This document shows positions 55,685 to 64,000 of a stretch of DNA of 64,000 nucleotides, in pieces. This stretch comes from Azolla caroliniana (lineage: Eukaryota > Plantae > Polypodiophyta), in the NCBI GenBank assembly GCA_043228905.1, contig JBHGNT010000017.1:8742001-8806000 (forward strand), in the 5' to 3' direction. The notes beneath the pieces are model-generated. The model worked only from the letters and a program-made list of their open reading frames with translations. It was not told where the DNA came from and did no database searches. Position 1 is the stretch's first letter; each line of letters begins with the position of its first letter. A program made the translations under genes and the position numbers.

Positions 55685-58600
55685 CCACCTCGACGAAGGA
55701 AGCAACTTGAGTAGTCTTAGGGAAACGAAATCCCTACTGTAGGCATTAGCTGTAGGAGACGGCGATTCAGAACCATTTTCAGCCTTTGAATCGAACTCAG
55801 ACGATGAATATAGCGCTCATTCTAATTACCGCAGCAGTCACGACACCCCAGACGGACCGGCGGACGAGGAATCAGATACCTCACCGACATCGAAACCAGA
55901 ATTGACAGAGTTGGAAGCCACAAATCAACCAAGAACTGAGCACACCCCAACACCCGAAGCAGAAGCGGAAAAACCTCCCACAGAGGAAGAACGACCTTCG
56001 ATGGAGGAGGAGGAGTGACCTCCGACACCACTAGCCCGCGTGCCAACACCAGACGACGACATGCCGTTTCAATATCCCAAGTACCGGGATGATCCGGACG
56101 CGGAGGCCCACGTCTATGCATTTCAGCAGACCTGGGAAGCGAATCATGTGTCACAACGCTTAACTGCGACCGAAGCAGAACGCTCAAAGATGGCGGAGTT
56201 CGGCATGACCCTGGAGGGGCCCGCCGCTAGATGGCGCCTGACGCAAGATCCCAGTACCATCACGACGTTTGAGGCCTTGAAAACTAAATTCTTACACTTT
56301 TTTCACAAAGAGGTGGATTAGCGGGAAATGGTTGGCCTATTTTATACCATCATGCAGGAGCCCACGGAGAACATTCAACAATTTGTAATCCAATTCCAGA
56401 GAATGCACAACTAGCTTAGTCGGGCACCACCGGAGGAAGAGACTAAGGTGATATTCATAGCAACACTTTGAGAACCCCTACAAACGGTGTGCACAGTCAT
56501 TGATTTCCGCACCAGTTTCGTCGACCAGGTCATAGACCGAGTCAGGGAAATGGAAAACTCTAGCTTGTGGCTGACAATGGGGGCACTCCAATGAACGTTA
56601 CCAACTGATGAAGACCTTCGCTTTCGACAAGCAATTCAATGTACGACTTGCCTGAATGCCGAACATTCGGCGCTGGAGTGCACCATGCGTTCTCAATGCT
56701 TGCTTTGCCATTCCAAAAACCACACAATGAATCGGTGCGAGTATAACTTGCTGAATCGGCAAGCACCACCGGTCCGGCAAATCGAACCACAAAGCAACTA
56801 GGAGTAGGAAGAAGAGTGCTAGCGGCGAGAGGAGCGTTACCGGCCAGCACAAGATGTCCGGTACGGTGATCGAAGAAACGCTTATGACCGCGACCGGTAT
56901 GATAGATATGATAGATATCGGGACTATAATGGGGAATGGAATGAGCGATACAACCGAGATCACTCCCCCGGTTACAACCCCCAAAGGGAGGACTATGGCA
57001 AGTATGACGACTGGTTCTGACAGGATTTCCGGAACAAAAAGCATTTCAACAAAAAACGGCATTTTAGTAAAAAAGGGGGTCACCAACGGGAGTCGGAACA
57101 GGGTACATCAAGGAACCAACCGGACCAAGGCCAAGCACTTACCACAGGACCTCAACCGGGTGCCGGGGCGAAAGCAGAATCCAGCAACACCCGGAAGGCA
57201 TACTGCTACTATTGCCGACAAGAGGGACACTACAATAACCAATGTCCGGCGAAAAGCTACGATAAGAGACCAACGGTAAACATGGTGGTAGCGGAGGTCG
57301 CGGACATACAACAAGTGACCACGAGGGCAAAAGGAAAAGCAACAGAGTGGGAAACCCAAGAAGCCATCCGGAAGCAGGCCATCGAATGGGTAAAGAAGGC
57401 AAATGAGCAGAATGTGGCAGCTGGAGCAACAAAAGGAGAGTCTAAAGGAGCCCACTGGCAATAGCTAGGCAGAAAACCTAACATGGCAGGCGTTGTAAGA
57501 ATGCCAAATCACGCTGCCATTAGGTCGGCTATTGCAGTTAGTACCTCGGTTCACGGAAGGATTGAAGACGGGAATGACTGCGGTTGGCATGCCACCGGCT
57601 CCGACATTCTTTTCTAATCTAGAGGAAGGACCGACGGTAGTGGACACAAGCAATCCGGCTATCACAACCATTGTCAAGGGACGAGAGCTACTCGGAATGA
57701 TTATAGACAGAGGATCCAACGTGAATGTGATTAGCCTCCGAACTTGTAATACCCTGGGAATCCAGGACTGAGAGCCGTGCCCGTTTTGGCTCCGGATGGC
57801 GGACACAAGTTCAGTAAGACCTACCGGATTGATACGAAATTTGGAAGTGACTATCGGAGGTCACGCATTCCGCATTTCGACAGTAGTCCTCCAGCTAAAT
57901 GCACAAGGGGCATACCCACTGTTCTTGGGCCGACCATGGTTGAAAACAACGCACATCAAGCAAAACTGGCGGAAAAACATAATCACTTTCCGGCGCGGCA
58001 AAGCGAAAGTACGAGTACCTACATAACTACGTTCAAGTACCGGCAAAGAGCTGACACTGCTGTATGCGGAATGTGTCAACATGCTTGAAGGATTGGCTGA
58101 TGAAGAGGTTGATCAGTACTTACAGGAGAATCCAAAAATTGCACCCTTATTTGAAGTTGATGTCGCCGAAGCAGTGGCACCATATATAATACAACCGGAG
58201 GATGCCGATGAAGAACCAGATAAAGAAGCCATCAGAGAGTTACGGCACACACAGGAAGCTTTGGAGAAGGAATTGGTAGTATCCCAACGCGTAAAAGCCT
58301 CTTCGCTAGAAGAAGTAAACCTAGGCACCGTAGAAGACGCAAGACCGGTTCACATCGCCAAAGAAATGACTCCCGAAAAGGAAGACGGCAACAATCACCT
58401 TATTAAAGGAGTTTCGGGACGTGTTCGCATGGTCTTACGAGGACATGCGGGGACTAGATCCTCAGTTGTATCAACACCAAATACATCTGAGTAAGGATGC
58501 CAAGCCGGTGGCGCAACGGCGCTAAAAGGACGAAAGCGACAAATTGTTACGAGTAGGGTTCATCTGACCGATCAAAAAGGCGACATGGCTGAGCCCGATA

Positions 58601-61093
58601 GTCGTCGTACCGAAAAAGAACGGAAAAATCCGGGTATGTGTCGACTACCGGAAATTGAATGCGGCAATGGTAACTGATAGGGTGTATAAGATAATAGATA
58701 GTTATACACTATATGAGGGCTTGACCAAACCGATTAGATGGAGTTGAAAATCATAATATATTATATAGCTCTAGGTAATTATGATTAGAGAGTATAACTC
58801 AAGAAACTAAGAAAAAAGATAGAGAAAGCGAGCAAGAAATAAGAATGTTCTGATATTCCAACATCAAGAGAATACAAAGGAGACAAACTCCACATTGAAC
58901 TAAAACCAAAGACCTTCCTCTTCTAAGACACTTCTTCCTAACACTCCTCATCCACTCTTTTCCTTTACTCTTCCCCCTTCTCACTAATATTACTTCTTCT
59001 TTTATAACCTTCCTCTTCTTATCCACGTTCATGCTATTTTTAGAAGCTTTTTATCTCCCTATTTTTAGCTATGACACATCAACCTTCTAATCGTCATATC
59101 TCCCTCATCCGATATCCAAATTAAGCGATTTAAAAAGCTATAGAAAGCTCTTTTTACAAGCTTTCTAATCCATATTTAAACGTGATATTTGGATAAACAA
59201 CGAGGGAGTTATGACCATTCTATTTTTACTGTTTTTTATAGTCTGCGTTTTCTCTTTTTACTTTTCTCTTGGTCTCGTACTTTTACTTTTGACTTCTTCC
59301 CTAAGGTCTTAGTTCGTGTTCTTATCCTCAAAAGGTGAATTATCTATACTTTATATTCTCCTAATGTTCAATGGCTTAGATTCTAAAAACACTTTCACAG
59401 TAACCAACGCCTTCCCACTCCCTTTTACGGATGGAGTCCTGGATGCAGTAGTCGGTCATGAAGTTTATAGTTTCCTGGACGGGTTCACCGGCTACAATTA
59501 GATCCGGATTCCGGATGCACCCCCGATGACTAGGAGAAAACCGCTTTTGTTACCAAATGGGGAGTATTTGTCACCGTAGTCATGATGTTCGGACTTAAAA
59601 TGGCGCCGACAACCTTTTAGCGAATAATCATGGAGATTTTCGGAGAATTTATTCCAGCATTCATGCAGGTGTTCTTAGACGATTTAGCCGTGTACAGCTA
59701 GGAAGGGGAACACCTCCAATACCTCCGACTATGTCTTGAGAAATGTAGGGTTTACCAGTTAAGCCTTAACCCGGCAAAATGCGTGGTCGGTGTGTCAAGT
59801 AGTGCACTACTAGGCCACATCGTTAGCAAGGACGGTATTGCAGTAGACCCGAACAAGGTCAAAGCAATTTTGGAGGCGCTGGCACCCACCACGACGAAAG
59901 CATTGAGTCGGTTCCTAGGACAAATCCGGTGGCATAGCCGGATGCTCCGGTATCTAGCAGACCTGGCCACACCATTGCATGGCGCGGTGCACCGGACATC
60001 GTTTCAATGGACGGACATAGAAGAGAAGGCTTACCGGGCATTAAAAGTACTACTATCACAAGCATCGGTGGTGCAACCTCCGGATTGGTCTAACGAATTC
60101 CACGTATTCGTAGACGCGTCCAACATAGCAATAGGGAGTGCATTAATGCAGCTTATAGAACCCAAGTGGTACCGACATGTGTATTATGCCAGCCGTAAGC
60201 TGTCCCAGGCAGAACGGAATTACTCTACGACGGAAAGAGAAGCCTTGGGCATGATCTATAGCGTCACCAAGTTCCGACACTATCTGTTGGGGAGGAAAAT
60301 TTTCTTTCATGGAGATCATTTGGCGCTACTTTACTTGGTCTTGAAAGCATCACTCACGGGTAAGCTGGCCCAGTGGACGCTATTATTACAGGAATTTGAG
60401 TTTGAGATATTCCACTGGCCAGGCATACAACATGCGGTTGCGGATTATTTGAGTCGGTTAGACTCCAGAGAAACTGGTGATGGAGTCGCAGATGAATTTC
60501 CGGATGCAAACTTGTTTAGGGTCACAGCTGAAACGGCAACAGATGGTACGATCGTCGAGGAGGACAAGTGGCTCACTAACATGCACCAATTCATGAGCAC
60601 TGGATTACCTCTAGAGGAGATGAACAGAGACGAGCGGAAAAGATTAGCAGTACAAAGCCGACACTTCTGCCTACTACAGGACACACTACGGTTTCGGTGG
60701 ACCGGACCATATTGGATTACACGGGAGTTCAACAGTTCTTACCAGCTAGGAACACTCGTCGGCGAAGTGATGGGTAAATGGGTGAATGGGTTTCGACTCA
60801 AACCATACTACGGACCCATGCCAAGGAACCTGTTTGAGCAGACAAAGGTTGACACCGCACGGACACAAATAAGCACGACGAAACGAAACACAATCCGGAG
60901 AAGGGTCTGTTTGGGCCGGATACATATTAAGAAATGTTGGGAGACAGGTCCCTCCGGATGGGAAGGGAGAAGAACAATGCTGACGAAACCGGATGACGAG
61001 TACCCGGTTACGGAGAGCCGGATGGTGCAGACCCGGTTGAAACCGGATGAGAAGTACCCGACTACGGAGAGCCGGAGGGTGCAGACCCGGTGA
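55685..61093 (+). pseudogene. Element C gag-pol remnant
   Basis: Fragments 56040-56321, 57532-58494 and 59783-61093 align with B. Many CAG/TGG/CGA-to-stop changes. The QDTL|RFRWTG junction deletes the integrase core. Confidence 0.9.
58675..59399. mobile_element. Solo LTR (725 bp) inserted in the RT of C
   Basis: TG...CA ends with TSD GTAAC at 58670-58674 and 59400-59404. The RT sequence resumes exactly (LNAAMVT|NAFPLPF). Confidence 0.88.
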
Positions 61094-61275
61094 GAACCGG
61101 ATGAGGAGTACCTGGCTATGGAGAGCCGGATGGTGCAAACCTGGTGAGAACCGGATGAGGAGTACCCGGCTACGGAGAGCCGGATGGTGCAGACCCGGTG
61201 AGAACCCGATGAGGAGTACCCGGCTACAGAGAGCCGGATGGTGAAGACCCGGTGAGGAGTGCTCACCGGATGAAG
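60985..61275 (+). repeat. 54-bp tandem repeat (~5 copies) at the pol 3' end of C
   Basis: AACCGGATGAGGAGTACCCGGCTACGGAGAGCCGGATGGTGCAGACCCGGTGAG unit. Confidence 0.92.
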
Positions 61276-61279
61276 AGAC

Positions 61280-61422
61280 ATATTCGTAAATATGTTTTTG
61301 AGAGTCCATCGAGGCTATATTTGTAAATAGCCGAAAAGTCATATTAGTATAAATATGACTTAGGGCAAACTTTTAGATGTGTTGTTATTCTTGTCTGAGT
61401 GAGATCAGAGCGCGTAACTGTG

Positions 61423-61484
<62 letters not shown>

Positions 61485-61735
61485 GAGGTCGTTGCCTCTG
61501 TTGTAACCGCCGCCTGTGGCGAAGATCGTGAGCACGAGGTCGTTGCCTCCGTGAACTCACTGTTGTACATTCTAACATAGTGATAGTTTGCAGCCTGTGG
61601 GCTGCCGTGGTTTTTCCCTAGTTTGGGTTTTCCACGTAAACATCTTGTGTACTCTTCTCTTCTTTGTGTTGTGCGTTTCATTTCCCGTTTTCTGTGTATG
61701 ATTCTAAGCTCGGTTGTGGCCGAGCGTTGCATATA
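61280..61735 (+). mobile_element. Copia-like LTR fragment with (AG)n
   Basis: GCCGTGGTTTTTCCC...GGGTTTTCCACGTAAA U5-type motif and TATAAAT. Absent from A and B at this position. No TSD found. Confidence 0.55.
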
Positions 61736-61979
61736 GGGAGCGTGCAGTTCCTGTCAAGAAAATCGAATTAAATAAAAAAATAAAAAAAATCGAATCAAAC
61801 CCAAACTATGCGATGGCGAGGAGCGAACGGTCACATGCAATGAAAAGGAGGGGTGAACAGGCACTTTGAAAAGCCAAGTAGTGGGCTATTTATAGCGCAT
61901 TAAAACGCCGCCACGTGGCACTTCATTGCCATTATAGTACACGACGTTCCCATGCGCAAGAATCGAGAAAGGCGCGAAC

Positions 61980-62480
61980 ATGCAGAAAGAAAACCTACAC
62001 TGCATGGAGGCCTTCTCATTTCGCGAACAGAGAATTGCAAACGCGCATAGGCGATTGAAGATAATTAGACGTGAGCACCCAGAGCCCCCTAATGCACCTA
62101 CCTCACCAGCAAACACTGACTCAGAAGGAGAAATGGACTGCATGACGCTCTCTGGGGTAGCCAAGAAGTGGTTAAAGCAACACGGATTGGAAGGATTCTT
62201 GAGGATCATGGAGGCACCACCACACAAAGAGGCGGAAAGGGTTGTCAGAGCCATCGACACTGAAGTAATCACAGAAGAGGCCATCCGTGCCCTGACGGGC
62301 CTACCCGAGGGCGGCATCTTCACCATCGACAACCCTACCCCGGAGCAGCTCACAAAATACTTTGGTGAGTATTCTCTAGCCAGCAAGGCATATCGCACAC
62401 AGGGCGGCGAGGATGGCTTATTTCGGGAGATTGCTCGTGTACTGCACGAGTATGGCCATGTGTACCCTCGACCCCCGGTT
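61980..62480 (+). pseudogene. Element C ORF2, 3'-truncated
   Basis: High similarity to B ORF2 up to HVYPRPPV, then an abrupt switch to LTR-like DNA. Confidence 0.9.
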
Positions 62481-62668
62481 CAGAATCAGAATATTCTAGT
62501 TGTTAGTATATTATAGAAATATTGTACGGTACATTCTAGAGATATTTCTTGAGTATATTCTAGAGATATTCAATCTCGAAACTTGTATAAATTACTTGTA
62601 ACCTCCTTGGTCCCTTTCAAGGGATTCAACGCCAGTCATTGACACATCAATCTAGTATTCATGTTTCG
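62479..62668 (+). repeat. LTR fragment, inverted homolog of 37155-37357
   Basis: The reverse complement matches (e.g. CCTTGGTCCCTTTCAAGGGATTCAACGCCAGTCATTGACACATCAATCTAGTATTC) with several differences. Confidence 0.88.
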
Positions 62669-62678
62669 CCCCATCTTG

Positions 62679-63137
62679 TGTTACGGGCATGACCATATAA
62701 TATCCCGTGGTGAGAATTTACCATAGTATTCTATACACGTGGATAAGTGTGAGGGTTAAACGAGAGTGTAAAGAAGGGGAGGATTACTTTTAATCCTCGG
62801 GATTGAGACAACCCATTAGGCCAAGTGTGAACTTGCCTAGGGTATCGCTATATATAAGAGGCCTAGCTACCCTCATTTCATCATCTTTTGACTATGTCGA
62901 GACTCTGTTCTTGTGGTGGGTCAACTCTTGTAGCGAGCGCACCAGCACCAGGTACGACTCGACACCACGACAGTGGTATGGGACGCCGATCGAGGTTCGA
63001 GTCCGTCTCGATCCCTTCACTCGAGGGTGGTCGGGTGGATCAACACCCTTCTTTCTCTCTCTCCTTTCTATCTATCTATCTTTTATCCTTATCATATGCT
63101 TACATTAGGGCATATCTCTAATAGTTGGTATTAGAGC
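62679..63137 (+). mobile_element. Decayed LTR (62679-63123) plus iMet-type PBS (TGGTATTAGAGC, 63126-63137)
   Basis: TGTTAC...TAATA (from TAACA), TATATAAG and a PBS 2 nt downstream. Confidence 0.7.
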
Positions 63138-63559
63138 TCATGTTCTAATGTTTCTTTTGTTGTCTTTTGTCTTCTTGATTGATGGTGATCGATCGATGTG
63201 CAGTCGGCCTTGATCCAGAGAACGATCAGCAAAGGAATTCCGGTAATCTTTCTTGTTTTTTTTTCTATTTTTTCTTCTCCCTTCTAATAATGTATATGGT
63301 CATATGTAATTTTTTTTTCATTAATTCAATGATGTTGTAGTGGTAATTAATGTTGTACGTTTTAGGGTTAGGGTTAATGGTAATGATGATTGGTGATGGA
63401 GATGGTGTGTTTAATGAGGATGATGAGCGTTATGGGATCGATGGTGAGAGAGACGACAAGCATTGAGAAGCATTGTGGGGTGGGGGGTGGTGCCTTGAAT
63501 GGCTCCACCCCCCTCCCAAGGGGGTTCAACGTTAAGGGGAGAGAGAGGAAGAGAGATGA

Positions 63560-63605
<46 letters not shown>

Positions 63606-63672
63606 TTATTCATGTTTCATTCATTCCCCATAAGGGGTTAAATAGTACAAGAGGGGGGTAGATACATTGGGG

Positions 63673-64000
63673 TGTAAGCCCCCTCGAGCATTCATACTGG
63701 ACACTCACTCACACCTCCTCGTATCCATCCACATGCACACACGTGACTCACAATTACATTTATGCTCCCTACACATACACAACAACATCATGATAACATT
63801 CGACCCTCGCTCATCACACTTGACTCTCTGTACATCTCGTACGGGGTAACACAATATGGCACGCCGGTGGGAGAGTGCCTTGCACGTCGAGCCCACATGC
63901 CTTGATGATGATATTTCTTCGATCGGGACTTCCATCGGTCCTTTCAATGATCGACTCCCTCGATCGGAGTGCTTGACTCGAACATCTTTGTCGGTCAGCA
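63673..64000 (-). mobile_element. LTR end plus tRNA-Arg-like module; probably the 3' end of another PPT-less element extending beyond the window
   Basis: TGTAAGCCCC...GGGGTAACA, then TGGCACGCCGGTGGGAGAGTGCCTTGCACGTCGAGCCCACA, homologous to 40435-40472. Left LTR boundary and strand are inferred. Confidence 0.6.

Larger units (their letters stand above)
39714..62480 (+). mobile_element. Element C: decayed family member of A/B, 3'-truncated, hosting B, E and solo LTR(s)
   Basis: 5' LTR split 39714-40021 + 49834-49986. PBS TGGCGACCAC at 49994. Gag starts at 50042 and resumes at 55685. PR/RT/RH remnants carry many stops. Integrase is deleted near 60688. ORF2 5' part at 61980-62480. Confidence 0.9.

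Noticed and set aside
60985-61275. CRISPR-like array (also 622-815)
   Set aside because: Head-to-tail repeats without unique spacers, inside eukaryotic retroelements.
37155-62668. Giant TIR transposon bounded by the 37.2-kb and 62.5-kb inverted repeats
   Set aside because: The repeats are diverged internal portions of an LTR-like sequence with no TSD. Independent insertions are more likely.

Overview
Eukaryotic land-plant DNA. A non-seed plant such as a fern or lycophyte is inferred from a Tcn1-type chromovirus, and this is not proven. Two LTR-retrotransposon nests (about 1-13.6 kb and 36-64 kb) flank a gene island. The island holds a 6-exon CRCK/RLCK-IV-like cytoplasmic kinase (+) and a 4-exon GH17+X8 beta-1,3-glucanase with a GPI-anchor-like tail (-). 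Three young, apparently intact retroelements have matching LTRs and 5-bp TSDs: chromovirus D (1777-7441), non-chromovirus Ty3/gypsy B (40022-49828, extra 3' ORF) and Tork-like Ty1/copia E (50212-55679). They sit inside older decayed relatives of B (A and C). The top finding is that intact element B has no polypurine tract. Instead, 2 nt upstream of its 3' LTR it carries a copy of a tRNA-Arg(UCU)-like 3' end (...GTCCCACGGGCGTGCCA), a small hairpin and a T-arm sequence. The same module recurs, with a compensatory stem change, beside an unrelated LTR at 63.86 kb. This suggests LTR retrotransposons that prime plus-strand synthesis with a second tRNA or a tRNA mimic. Element D shows Tf1-type self-priming, a -1 frameshift signal and a tRNA/PolIII-box-like hairpin at its LTR start.
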